From an uncultured delta proteobacterium (GTDB lineage: Bacteria > Desulfobacterota > Binatia > Binatales > Binataceae): a stretch of DNA of 64,000 nucleotides. Under the pieces are notes generated by a model. The model searched no databases. It saw only the letters and a list, made by a program, of their open reading frames with translations, and was not told the DNA's origin. The translations under genes were made by a program, and so were the position numbers. Shown one piece after another: positions 19,064 through 28,421 of this stretch. Positions within the stretch are counted from its first letter, which is position 1. Each line of letters starts with the position of its first letter. The DNA lies in contig CAWCDG010000002.1 in NCBI GenBank assembly GCA_963794325.1, forward strand, positions 544,001 through 608,000, given 5' to 3'.

Positions 19064-20293
19064 ATGATCGATTTTGAACTCGAACCACAAATTCTCAGCC
19101 GGCTGCAGATGTACCACGCCGTCTCGGAGCACATGATGCGGCCGATCTCGCGCGACTGCGACGAGCATGAGCACACCAAGCCCACGCAGTTTTACGATTC
19201 GATGTGGTCGGCATCAGCCGCCGCCGATATCCAGGTCGGCAACGACAAGAGCAAGAAGCCCGATGCCGCCGGAGCGCCACCGCGACGCGCCAACCTGTTG
19301 TCCGTCCTCAGCACCGAGGAACTGTGCTGGGGCGACGCCGGGCTGTACCTCTCGACCCCCAACTCGGGACTCGGCGGCGCAGCCGTCATGGCAGCGGGAA
19401 CGCCGGAACAGAAAGAGCGGTTTCTCAAGCGCTTCAAGGAAGGCAAGCCGAAGTGGGGCGCGATGGCGATCACCGAGCCGGGCTTCGGTTCCGATTCGTC
19501 GCAAGTCACGACCACCGCCGCGCGCGACGGCGACCATTGGGTGATCAACGGCACCAAGATTTTCTGCACCGCCGGCGAGATGGCGGCCCAGAAGTCCGAC
19601 GGCTTCGTCGTCGTGTGGGCGACGGTCGATAAGAGCGCGGGACGCCCCGGCATCAAGCCGTTCGTCGTCGAGCACAACACGCCCGGCATGACGGTGGCGC
19701 GAGTCGAGAACAAGCTCGGCATCCGCGCGTCAGATACGGCCGCGCTCATCTTCGACAACTGCCGGATTCCGCTGGACGCCCTGCTGGGCAGCGCCGAGGT
19801 TCGCAAGGAAGGCGGCTTCAAGGACGTGATGGCGACGTTCGACGCGACCCGTCCGATCGTCGCGGCGATGGCAATCGGAGTAGGGCGCGCCGCGCTCGAT
19901 TTCGTCCGCGACTTCCTCAAGGAACAGAACGTGCCGGTTCGCTACGGTATCTCGCCGCGGCGTCTGACCGCCATCGAGCGCGATTTCATGGAGATGGAAG
20001 TGCAACTGCAGGCCGCGCGATTGCTCACGTGGCGCGCCGCATGGATGCTCGATACCGGCAAGCGCAACAGCCTCGAAGCCTCGATGGCGAAGGCGAAAGC
20101 GGGCCTCGCGGTCACGCTGATCACGCAGAAAGCGGTCGAGCTACTCGGACCGCTGGGCTACTCGCGCAAAATCCTGGTCGAGAAATGGATGCGCGACGCG
20201 AAGATCAACGACATCTTCGAGGGCACCCAGCAGATCAACATGATAATTATCGCGCGTAGGATCCTGAACTACAGCAGCAAGGAACTGAATTGA
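19064..20293 (+). CDS. Acyl-CoA dehydrogenase (FadE23-like)
   Basis: AMAITEPGFGSD, INGTKIF, KLGIRASDT, RDAKINDIFEGTQQI. Confidence 0.92.
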   Translation: MIDFELEPQILSRLQMYHAVSEHMMRPISRDCDEHEHTKPTQFYDSMWSASAAADIQVGNDKSKKPDAAGAPPRRANLLSVLSTEELCWGDAGLYLSTPNSGLGGAAVMAAGTPEQKERFLKRFKEGKPKWGAMAITEPGFGSDSSQVTTTAARDGDHWVINGTKIFCTAGEMAAQKSDGFVVVWATVDKSAGRPGIKPFVVEHNTPGMTVARVENKLGIRASDTAALIFDNCRIPLDALLGSAEVRKEGGFKDVMATFDATRPIVAAMAIGVGRAALDFVRDFLKEQNVPVRYGISPRRLTAIERDFMEMEVQLQAARLLTWRAAWMLDTGKRNSLEASMAKAKAGLAVTLITQKAVELLGPLGYSRKILVEKWMRDAKINDIFEGTQQINMIIIARRILNYSSKELN

Positions 20294-20331
20294 AATGCGG
20301 GGCGCGCAGCCCCGCGCTTAATTCGCGCTGC

Positions 20332-20916
20332 TTAGTAGAACCACTTGCCGTTGTCCCATCGGAAGATCTCCGTGGTGTGGGTATCGCTGACGGTCTTGCG
20401 CTCCGAGCGCCGAGCCTCGTCCTGTGACTTGCCCGCGATGTAGTACTCGAATTCCTCGTAGGTAATCTTGCCGATCGAGTAGCCGTCCTTCGATTGATGC
20501 GATTCGCAGGCCGCGATCTTGCCGTAGCCGGTGTAGGTCGCGGTCTCGTAGCCTTCCTTGGGAACGAATTTCAAGTTCGACAGATTGTTCGTCTCGCGGT
20601 CGTGCAGATCCTGCTCCCAGTGTTTGCAAAAATCCGGGAACAGCGCCGATGCTTTCCTGAATTCGATATCGCGCTTAATGCGGTCGGGTGTGAGGTCCGC
20701 GACCAGCGCTTTGACCTTCTGACCCAGCGTCTTCTTGTTCGCCGGTGATATGGCTGCGGCGGTAAGCGCCGTGCTATCGGGCGGCGATGCGGACGTCGTC
20801 GATGTGGCCTCGTTTGGAGGCCCCGATTGCGCGTACACCGGCGATGTTCCCATCAGCACGGCGAATGCGATTACACTGACAGCAGCCCCCGCCACTACAG
20901 TCCGTACAAAGTTCAT
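20332..20916 (-). CDS. Secreted hypothetical protein
   Basis: Signal peptide ending VYA; C-terminal TEIFRWDNGKWFY; likely ATG at 20916. Confidence 0.7.
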   Translation of the reverse strand: MNFVRTVVAGAAVSVIAFAVLMGTSPVYAQSGPPNEATSTTSASPPDSTALTAAAISPANKKTLGQKVKALVADLTPDRIKRDIEFRKASALFPDFCKHWEQDLHDRETNNLSNLKFVPKEGYETATYTGYGKIAACESHQSKDGYSIGKITYEEFEYYIAGKSQDEARRSERKTVSDTHTTEIFRWDNGKWFY

Positions 20917-20976
20917 AGCGATGGTTTCTATAGCAGAAATGCATCCTGCCGTCAGCACCTCGAGAGGCGGATGTGG

Positions 20977-21013
20977 AAAAAAGCGGCCGCAGCCCGGTGA
21001 GGGACTGCGGCCG
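20977..21013 (-). terminator. Rho-independent terminator of OmpA copy 1
   Basis: CGGCCGCAG stem with a T-run on the minus strand; homologous to 21847 and 22729. Confidence 0.75.
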
Positions 21014-21040
21014 GTTAAGGACCCCTAGCTCTGGCTCGAC

Positions 21041-21718
21041 TTAATCGTTAGGCACCAGCTCGACGCGCCGGTTCTGAGCGCGACCCTCAGCCGTGTCGTT
21101 GGGGGCGACGAAGTCGGTCTTGCCGTAACCGTGCGGAATCAACTGGCTCGACGGGATTCCCGCCTTGGCCAGGTAATCCACGACCGCATCGGAACGCCGA
21201 TCGGACAGCTTGAGGTTGTACTCTTCGCCGCCGATAGCGTCGCAGTATCCGTTGACGTTGATCGTCACGTTCGGATTGGCCTTCAGAGTAGTCGCGGCCT
21301 CATCTAGAACTGCGGCGTCACCCGGACGGATCTTCGACTTGTTGAAATCGAAATGCACGCCACGCAGCACCAGCTTCTGCCTGACCGGAGGCGGCGGAGG
21401 CGGTGGCGGTGGGGGCGGCGGAGGAGGCGGTGGCGGAGGAGGCGGCGGTAGGGGCTTCGGCGCCAGCAGGTAGCCGGCGATTCCGCCGACGACCGCGCCA
21501 GTCAGCACTCCTATTCCGCATCCAAGACCAACCGTCTGTGCGTCATCCTCGTCACTTTCAAGACCGATTGCGCAGCCCGCGCCTCCGCCGATGAGCGCGC
21601 CGCCGGTGGCTCCGATTGCGGTGTACTCCTTCTGCTCAGGCGTCCATGACGAGCACGACGAGACCGTCAAAAGCACGACGGTCGCAAACACGCCTATCCA
21701 ACTTTTCCACTTATGCAC
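21041..21718 (-). CDS. OmpA-family lipoprotein (glycine zipper, poly-Pro, OmpA_C), copy 1
   Basis: Lipobox SSC; VHFDFNKS, GYCD, LSDRR, GRAQNRRVE. Confidence 0.92.
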   Translation of the reverse strand: MHKWKSWIGVFATVVLLTVSSCSSWTPEQKEYTAIGATGGALIGGGAGCAIGLESDEDDAQTVGLGCGIGVLTGAVVGGIAGYLLAPKPLPPPPPPPPPPPPPPPPPPPPPVRQKLVLRGVHFDFNKSKIRPGDAAVLDEAATTLKANPNVTINVNGYCDAIGGEEYNLKLSDRRSDAVVDYLAKAGIPSSQLIPHGYGKTDFVAPNDTAEGRAQNRRVELVPND

Positions 21719-21846
21719 TAGGTAACCCTCCCTGGGTTTCTGATCCTGCCGCTAACGAACTTCGTGAATTCTGCCATTTTCCGCGAGTCAGGTCCATTCG
21801 GGATGAGAATCCGCCCAATAGCGTGAATTCCGTAATGGTTCGTTTA

Positions 21847-21890
21847 CAAAAGAACGGGCCGCAGCCCGTTTGAGGGACTGCGGCCCCGTT
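21847..21890 (-). terminator. Rho-independent terminator of OmpA copy 2
   Basis: GGGCCGCAG stem plus T-run on the minus strand. Confidence 0.7.
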
Positions 21891-21918
21891 GCCAAACGTT
21901 TCAGTCTCGGCCGGGCCT

Positions 21919-22587
21919 CTAGTCGTTAGGCACCAGCTCAACCCGCCGGTTCTGAGCGCGACCCTCAGCCGTGTCGTTGGGGGCGACGAAGTCGGTCTTG
22001 CCGTAACCGTGCGGAATCAACTGGCTCGACGGGATTCCCGCCTTGGCCAGGTAATCCACGACCGCATCGGAACGCCGATCGGACAGCTTGAGGTTGTACT
22101 CTTCGCCGCCGATAGCGTCGCAGTATCCGTTGACGTTGATCGTCACGTTCGGATTGGCCTTCAGAGTGGTTGCGGCCTCATCCAGAACTGCTGCGTCACC
22201 CGGACGAATCTTCGACTTGTTGAAATCGAAATGCACGCCACGCAGCACCAGCTTCTGCCTGACCGGTGGGGGCGGTGGTGGAGGCGGCGGCGGTGGAGGA
22301 GGAGGTGGCGGCGGAGGCGGTGCCGGTTTCGGCGCCAGCAAGTAGCCGTTAACTGCGCCGATCAGAGCGCCGACGACGACGCCAGTCGGGCATCCGATTT
22401 CATAGCTCTCCTTCGAGCCGCTTACGCCCGCGGCGATTCCACATCCCAGGCCACCGCCAATCAGCGCTCCAGCGGCGGCTCCCCCTGCGGTATATTCCCT
22501 TTGCGCGGGCGTCCATGACGCGCATGACGATACCGTCAGTAGTACGACGGTCGCTCCCGCGCCAATCCAAGTTTTCCAGCTAGTCAC
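21919..22587 (-). CDS. OmpA-family lipoprotein, copy 2
   Basis: Same architecture; OmpA_C protein sequence identical to copy 1. Confidence 0.92.
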   Translation of the reverse strand: MTSWKTWIGAGATVVLLTVSSCASWTPAQREYTAGGAAAGALIGGGLGCGIAAGVSGSKESYEIGCPTGVVVGALIGAVNGYLLAPKPAPPPPPPPPPPPPPPPPPPPVRQKLVLRGVHFDFNKSKIRPGDAAVLDEAATTLKANPNVTINVNGYCDAIGGEEYNLKLSDRRSDAVVDYLAKAGIPSSQLIPHGYGKTDFVAPNDTAEGRAQNRRVELVPND

Positions 22588-22728
22588 TAGTACCCCTCCA
22601 TAAAGTTTGAGCTATTCCGGAATCAAGTCTCAGCAATTCTGCCTTTTTTTGGAAGCTGGGTCTATTGGAAGTCGAATGCATCCTGAACAGCAGGATTCGT
22701 AACAGTTCCGCAACAAGAGAATCGATAC

Positions 22729-22768
22729 AAAAAGGCGGCCGCAGCCCGTTTAAGGGGCTGCGGCCGCC
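22729..22768 (-). terminator. Rho-independent terminator of OmpA copy 3
   Basis: GGCGGCCGCAGCCC/GGGCTGCGGCCGCC stem plus T-run. Confidence 0.75.
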
Positions 22769-22795
22769 GGCGGACAATCTCAGTCGCGGTCCGAT

Positions 22796-23530
22796 CTACT
22801 CATTCGGTACCAGTTCGACGCGGCGGTTCTGAGCGCGACCCTCAGCCGTGTCGTTGGTGGCAACGAAGTCGGTCTTGCCGTAGCCGTGCGGAATCAACTG
22901 ACTCGACGGAATACCCGCCTTCACCAGGTAATCCACGACGGCGTCCGAACGCCGATCGGACAGCTTGAGGTTGTACTCCTCGCCACCGATCGCGTCGCAA
23001 TAGCCGTTGACGTTGATCGTCACGTTCGGATTGGCCTTCAGAGTCGTCGCGGCCTCATCCAGAACTGCGGCGTCACCCGGACGGATCTTCGACTTGTTGA
23101 AATCGAAATGCACCCCGCGTAGCACCAGCTTCTCCTTGACCGGCGGCGGCGGAGGAGGCGGTGGAGGCGGCGGCGGTGGAGGTGGCGGAGCCGGCGGAGG
23201 CGGCGGCGGAATCACCTCATCACATAGGTAATGGCCAGCCAACGTGCCGACCAGGGCACCGGCAGCTGCTCCACCCAGACCGCCCCAAGCTCGGGCGTCA
23301 TGGTTACTGGATCTGTTATCGCTGGTGGCGTTGTCGACGATGACAATGCCAGAGGCTGCACCGATGCCTGCGCCTAGCAACCCTCCGATGAGCGCGCAGG
23401 ATCCCCAATGGCGCGGCTGCTGCAAATATGCGCAACCGCTCACGCCGGATGCGAGCAATGCTAAACCCGCGATGCCGGCTACTGCATTTAGAAGCCTGGA
23501 TTTCAGTCTCATGAACTCCTCCTCACCCAA
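22796..23530 (-). CDS. OmpA-family lipoprotein, copy 3
   Basis: Lipobox SGC; OmpA_C nearly identical to copies 1 and 2; true start may be MRLKS. Confidence 0.92.
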   Translation of the reverse strand: MGEEEFMRLKSRLLNAVAGIAGLALLASGVSGCAYLQQPRHWGSCALIGGLLGAGIGAASGIVIVDNATSDNRSSNHDARAWGGLGGAAAGALVGTLAGHYLCDEVIPPPPPPAPPPPPPPPPPPPPPPPVKEKLVLRGVHFDFNKSKIRPGDAAVLDEAATTLKANPNVTINVNGYCDAIGGEEYNLKLSDRRSDAVVDYLVKAGIPSSQLIPHGYGKTDFVATNDTAEGRAQNRRVELVPNE

Positions 23531-23827
23531 GTGCGTCTATGCGCGAGGCGTACTCCTCACTTGGCCCCCGAGCCTAGATCATGTCCAAACGCCTGCTACC
23601 CACCCAATTGACGGGGAAATATAGTTATATTTGTAACAAGAATGCAACACGTCCCGGCTGAAATCGGTGAGATTTTTTGCGGGTTCATCGGGGGTTCCTC
23701 CGCCGAATCCCGGCCTAACCTGTGGATAACTGTCGGTTAATTGCCCCGGTTATGCGGTCAGGCACGACTAATAAAGACGCGCCGGACTTGCATGGAGGCA
23801 CAGTCCGGCGCGGTCCTGAGAGTCGAT

Positions 23828-24418
23828 TTAGTGGTGGTCGTGGCCCGGTCCGCCGGATCCGTGGTGCTCCTTCTCCACTTCGTGCTTTTCCACTTCGTGC
23901 TTGTGCTCTTCGGCAGCGATCGGATGCTCGTACGGATGCTTGTACCAATCCGGATGATGCGCATTTACCCAATCGGGGTGATGATCGTTCCACCAGCTGC
24001 GATCGTGCCATTCGTGATGTTCGTCGAAGTCGCCGTCGGCATCACGTTTCCAATCAGGATGAGCCTCGGCCCATTCGGGATGGTTCTTGTACATCCAACC
24101 GGGATCGTTCTGATGCCACCAGTCAGACTCGTGCCACGCATGGTCGGGTCCGTACGCGCCATATCGGTTGCTGCCCTCGAGCTTTCCCCAGGTGTTGGGG
24201 TGTTGCTGCATGAACGATTCGAGGTCAGGATGCCGTTCCCGCCATGCCTTGTTGTAAATCAGGTTGGGATTGTGCTGGAGCTGGTTCCTCAAGTCGGGAC
24301 GTGAATCAATAAAGTGGTCCAGGCGCTCTTCGTGGTAGAACTGGGCCGCCGAAATCGACGGCATCGCCATCGCGAAGATAACGACAGCGAGGGCCAGCGT
24401 GCTTCTGAGATGCTTCAT
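23828..24418 (-). CDS. Secreted His/Trp/Asp-rich repeat protein
   Basis: AGGAG RBS, signal peptide, repeated HPDW/HPEW and WHxxxWW units, His-rich tail. Confidence 0.8.
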   Translation of the reverse strand: MKHLRSTLALAVVIFAMAMPSISAAQFYHEERLDHFIDSRPDLRNQLQHNPNLIYNKAWRERHPDLESFMQQHPNTWGKLEGSNRYGAYGPDHAWHESDWWHQNDPGWMYKNHPEWAEAHPDWKRDADGDFDEHHEWHDRSWWNDHHPDWVNAHHPDWYKHPYEHPIAAEEHKHEVEKHEVEKEHHGSGGPGHDHH

Positions 24419-24457
24419 ATGTGATTTCTCCTGAGATTCGAACAGTTGGTATCGGGG

Positions 24458-24473
24458 AGCAATCGATATGCCA
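24458..24473 (-). promoter_or_regulatory. Sigma-54 (-24/-12) promoter
   Basis: TGGCAT-ATCGA-TTGCT, 40 nt upstream of ATG 24418. Confidence 0.65.
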
Positions 24474-24673
24474 CGTTTCACTAGCGGCGAATCCTAGCAA
24501 ATCTGCGGGATGCATACCTATCCTCTCCCGCGTCAGGGTTCGCGTCTCCCGAAAAGGTGCATGAGCCGCCAGATTTCGGTTAAGAGGCGGTGTCAGCGGT
24601 TGTCCTGAGCGACCGCAAGGCGCGGCGGCCAATTCCGCGAAAAGCGGAACCCTGCTACACTGGATTTTTCATC

Positions 24674-26854
24674 ATGCTTTCATTGGCGCGCGGTAAAGAG
24701 GGAAGTTTCAAGCTGGTCTCGGGCTACAAGCCTGAGGGCGACCAGCCGGCTGCGATCGAATCGATCGTCGCCAATCTCAACGACAAAGTGCCGCATCAGG
24801 TGCTGCTCGGCGTCACCGGCTCGGGCAAGACGTTCACGATGGCCAACGTGATCGCGCGCGTGAATCGGCCGACGCTCGTAATGGCGCCGAACAAGACGCT
24901 CGCCGCGCAGCTTTACAACGAGTTCAAGAGCCTGTTCCCGGAAAACGCGGTCCGTTACTTCGTCTCGTACTACGACTACTACCAGCCCGAAGCATACGTG
25001 CCTTCGACCGACACGTTTATCGAGAAAGACGCGAGCATCAACGACGAGATCGACAAGCTGCGCCATTCCGCGACCAAGGCGCTGCTCGAGCGCAACGACG
25101 TGCTGATAGTGGCGTCGGTCTCGTGCATCTACGGCCTGGGCGAGCCCGAAGTGTACTTCGAGATGCTGGTGTTCCTCGAAGAGGGGCAGACTATCGACCG
25201 CGACAAGATGCTGCGCAAGCTGGTCGATATCCAGTATCAGCGGAACGATTACGATTTTCATCGCGGGACGTTTCGGGTGCGCGGCGACACCGTCGAGATT
25301 TTCCCGGCGTACGAAGAGCAGCGTGCGGTGCGGGTCGAGTTTTTCGGCGACCAGGTCGAGGCGATGTACGAAATCGACGCGCTGCGCGGCAAGGTCATTC
25401 GCAAGCTGCAGAGCATCGCGATCTATCCGGCGTCGCATTACGTGACCACCTCCGATCGGATGGAAATCGCGGTGCGCAATATCCGCACCGAGCTGAAGGA
25501 GCGCCTCGAGTTTTTTCGCACCGAGAATCGGCTGCTGGAAGCGCAGCGCCTCGAGCAGCGCACGATGTACGACCTCGAGCTGCTGGCCGAGATGGGCTTC
25601 TGCCCCGGAATCGAGAACTACTCGCGTCATCTGACGGGCCGGCTCCCCGGACAGGCGCCGCCGACCCTGCTCGATTACTTCCCGAACAATTCGCTGTTCT
25701 TCATCGACGAGAGCCACGTGACGATTCCACAAATCGGCGGGATGTATCGAGGCGACCGCTCGCGCAAATCAGTGCTGGTCGATTTCGGATTCCGGCTGCC
25801 GTCCGCACTCGACAATCGGCCCTTGAATTTCGAGGAATGGGAATCGCATGTCGTGCAGGCGGTTTACGTTTCAGCGACACCCAGCGACTACGAGCAGCAG
25901 AAATCGTCGGGGCTTATCGTCGAGCAGTTGATTCGGCCGACCGGACTTATCGATCCACAGATCGAAGTGCGCAAGGCGGGCACGCAGGTCGACGACCTGC
26001 TCGAGGAGATTCACAAACGCGTCGCAGTGAACGAGCGCGTGCTGGTCACCTGTCTCACCAAGAAAATGGCTGAGGACTTGACCGACTACTACCACGACCT
26101 CGGCATCCGCGTGCGCTACCTGCATTCGGACATCGAGACAATCGAGCGCGTCGAGATTATCCGCAGCCTGCGCAAGGGGGACTTCGACGTGCTGGTCGGA
26201 ATCAACCTGCTGCGCGAAGGCCTTGACCTGCCCGAAGTGTCGCTGGTCGCGATTCTCGATGCTGATAAGGAAGGCTTCCTGCGTTCAGCGCGCTCGCTGA
26301 TCCAGACGACGGGCCGAGCCGCGCGCCATATCAACGGCCGCGTCATCATGTATGCGGACACGATCACCAAATCGATGGAACAGGCGATCGGCGAGACCAA
26401 CCGCAGGCGTGCAAAACAGGTCGCCTACAACGAGCAGCACGGCATCACGCCCACCTCGATCATAAAGGCGATCGACGCATCGCTGGTCGAGATGTACTCG
26501 CCGGAATGGGCGGTGGTGCCGGAAATCGGCGACGACAAGCACGAGGAAGAGTTCATTCCGGCGCACGAGCTGCCCGATCGAATCACCGCACTTCGCCATC
26601 AGATGATGGAGGCCGCAGAGAAACTCGACTACGAACGCGCCGCCGACCTGCGCGATCAGATCAAGAAGTTGGAGCGTCACGCATTCGGAATGGATCAGCC
26701 ACGCCATCCAGTGCAGCCGTCACAACCACCCGGCTCAGCGCATCAGCCGCGGTACGAAGGCCAAAGAAAGATACCGCCGAGAAAGGTATCCCGACGAAAA
26801 CCCGCGGCCGCCGCGGCGCAGGCGCAGCAACGGGCGCCGCAGCCGGCGCGATAG
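24674..26854 (+). CDS. uvrB: Excinuclease ABC subunit B (tail may extend to 26904 via a frameshift)
   Basis: [34 protein letters not shown] domain. Confidence 0.96.
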   Translation: MLSLARGKEGSFKLVSGYKPEGDQPAAIESIVANLNDKVPHQVLLGVTGSGKTFTMANVIARVNRPTLVMAPNKTLAAQLYNEFKSLFPENAVRYFVSYYDYYQPEAYVPSTDTFIEKDASINDEIDKLRHSATKALLERNDVLIVASVSCIYGLGEPEVYFEMLVFLEEGQTIDRDKMLRKLVDIQYQRNDYDFHRGTFRVRGDTVEIFPAYEEQRAVRVEFFGDQVEAMYEIDALRGKVIRKLQSIAIYPASHYVTTSDRMEIAVRNIRTELKERLEFFRTENRLLEAQRLEQRTMYDLELLAEMGFCPGIENYSRHLTGRLPGQAPPTLLDYFPNNSLFFIDESHVTIPQIGGMYRGDRSRKSVLVDFGFRLPSALDNRPLNFEEWESHVVQAVYVSATPSDYEQQKSSGLIVEQLIRPTGLIDPQIEVRKAGTQVDDLLEEIHKRVAVNERVLVTCLTKKMAEDLTDYYHDLGIRVRYLHSDIETIERVEIIRSLRKGDFDVLVGINLLREGLDLPEVSLVAILDADKEGFLRSARSLIQTTGRAARHINGRVIMYADTITKSMEQAIGETNRRRAKQVAYNEQHGITPTSIIKAIDASLVEMYSPEWAVVPEIGDDKHEEEFIPAHELPDRITALRHQMMEAAEKLDYERAADLRDQIKKLERHAFGMDQPRHPVQPSQPPGSAHQPRYEGQRKIPPRKVSRRKPAAAAAQAQQRAPQPAR

Positions 26855-26924
26855 GTCCAACCAAACAAACCAAGCTCAAGCTGATCCCGGACGCGCCGAA
26901 GTAAGGGAAGGGAACACTTGATTG

Positions 26925-27036
26925 AATGTGAAACCCTCCGCGGGTTTCACGCTTCCGCGGCAGGGGTGACCCCTGCACCCAATATTTATAAATCCGGTTC
27001 CCCTTCCCGCTCGGGAAGGGGTTAGGGGTTAGGTTC
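26925..27036. repeat. Composite REP-like element, copy A
   Basis: GTGAAACCC/GGGTTTCAC hairpin + GCAGGGGTGACCCCTGC hairpin + CCCCTTCCC..GGGAAGGGGTTAGGGGTTAGG; homologous to 48727-48937. Confidence 0.8.
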
Positions 27037-27100
27037 TTCGCGCGTGCGCACGCCTCCGGTTCCGCGACTCAAGATGCAAGCGAGCAACGTCGCGCTCGAT

Positions 27101-28192
27101 TTATTTGATCGCCGGGCCGAACCTGATCGGACCGGGAATGAACAAGTTCGTCTTCCTGCCATTCTGGCCGATGATCACTGCCGGATCGAGATTTCCACCC
27201 ATGGTTAATTGGGTCTCGCTGAATTCGACGAGTTGGTCTCCCACCTTACCGGAGCCACAGTCGTCGGTTCCTACCGATACCCAGAGATCACCCGAATGGT
27301 CGAAATCGATTCCACCGATGCAATCGTACGAGGAACCGAATGCAGCCGATGTAATGATAACAGCCGCCTGAGGAGAGATTTGTCCCGAACCGCTGAGATC
27401 GCTCGCTGCGATCATCTCGATCTCATCGCTGTTGGAGGCTGTGCCTGCTAACCACATATTCCCTGCATCATCGAAGGCGAAATCAACAGGGTCCAGCATT
27501 TCGGGCAGATTCACGGTCAGACTCGGATTCGGTGCGCTAACTGCACGATCGCTTGGGGTGAACCGCCAGATCATCGGACGCGAGGGATCGAAAGGCAGCG
27601 GGAACTCGACCACCCAGAGGTTGTCGGATCTGTCGAAACGCAACTTCGTGGGGCTGGCGACTTGCGAGGCGATAGATACGGCGGTGCTTTGTGTGCTGGT
27701 CTTTTTTAGCTGATCGGCAAGAAGCTCAACGACTCGCCTTCCATCGTCGACGACCCAAAGATTTCCCTTCGGGTCAAAGTCTATACTCACGGGTATTACG
27801 AACTGATCGGTCTGACCTCCACTGATCGTGATGAGCTTAGCCTTTGCGCGCCCACGGCTTGCGAGCGCGGCGAGATCGCCCTTAGTGATATCGAGCGCTG
27901 GTGGGGGGAGATTATTGTTGATGCTATAGAATACGGCCCAGAGGTCCCCGTGCCGATCGAAGGCGATTGAAAATGGTCCGTTGTAAACTTGGCTCCCGAA
28001 GGCAACGCGGGCCTTAGGTGTGCCGCTTTTCAAAAGCGCGTTTCCCTGGAATTCCGAGAAGTATTTGTATCCGCCAACCCACAATCCCTGCGCGTCCGAT
28101 GGAGGTTTGGCCGCCGCGATTTGAATCGTGCAGGCAATTGACCAGATCGCAGCGAGGACTAACGAGCCAATCGTGGTGCGCTTTTGTAGAAT
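27101..28192 (-). CDS. Secreted NHL/beta-propeller repeat protein
   Basis: Repeated FDxxG(N/D)LWV units. The frame stays open 36 codons upstream of TTG 28084 and encodes a signal peptide from ATT 28192. Confidence 0.75.
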   Translation of the reverse strand: MLQKRTTIGSLVLAAIWSIACTIQIAAAKPPSDAQGLWVGGYKYFSEFQGNALLKSGTPKARVAFGSQVYNGPFSIAFDRHGDLWAVFYSINNNLPPPALDITKGDLAALASRGRAKAKLITISGGQTDQFVIPVSIDFDPKGNLWVVDDGRRVVELLADQLKKTSTQSTAVSIASQVASPTKLRFDRSDNLWVVEFPLPFDPSRPMIWRFTPSDRAVSAPNPSLTVNLPEMLDPVDFAFDDAGNMWLAGTASNSDEIEMIAASDLSGSGQISPQAAVIITSAAFGSSYDCIGGIDFDHSGDLWVSVGTDDCGSGKVGDQLVEFSETQLTMGGNLDPAVIIGQNGRKTNLFIPGPIRFGPAIK

Positions 28193-28375
28193 GTTCCCGA
28201 CCCCCCTAAATGACCGCTGCGTTGGATGCTAGTTCATACGCGCGGCCAACTGCCAGTCCAGCGAAGGAAGGCGCGAAGGTTTCTCACCATTTGCCAAGGT
28301 AATTGTTTCCGAGAACACAACCAGCCTTCGCGAAAAACCTTAATCGAGGAGCGAAAAACCCTGATATTCATTGGA

Positions 28376-28391
28376 TGGAACAGTTATTGCT
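28376..28391 (+). promoter_or_regulatory. Sigma-54 (-24/-12) promoter
   Basis: TGGAAC-AGTTA-TTGCT, 30 nt upstream of ATG 28422. Confidence 0.55.
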
Positions 28392-28421
28392 GCTCCCTTG
28401 GTAGAGCCAAGGAGGCTGCAT

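Noticed and set aside
21385-23215. GGC/GGA/GGT triplet runs considered as contingency microsatellites
   Set aside because: They are mixed synonymous Pro codons of the OmpA linkers, not pure repeats
23721-23729. Perfect DnaA box (TGTGGATAA), plus a one-mismatch copy at 29426-29434 upstream of ssb
   Set aside because: Isolated boxes with no cluster, unwinding element or dnaA/dnaN nearby; not evidence for oriC and could be chance
24480-24670. Hairpins upstream of uvrB considered as a riboswitch
   Set aside because: No recognisable aptamer consensus or terminator; short GC stems are expected by chance
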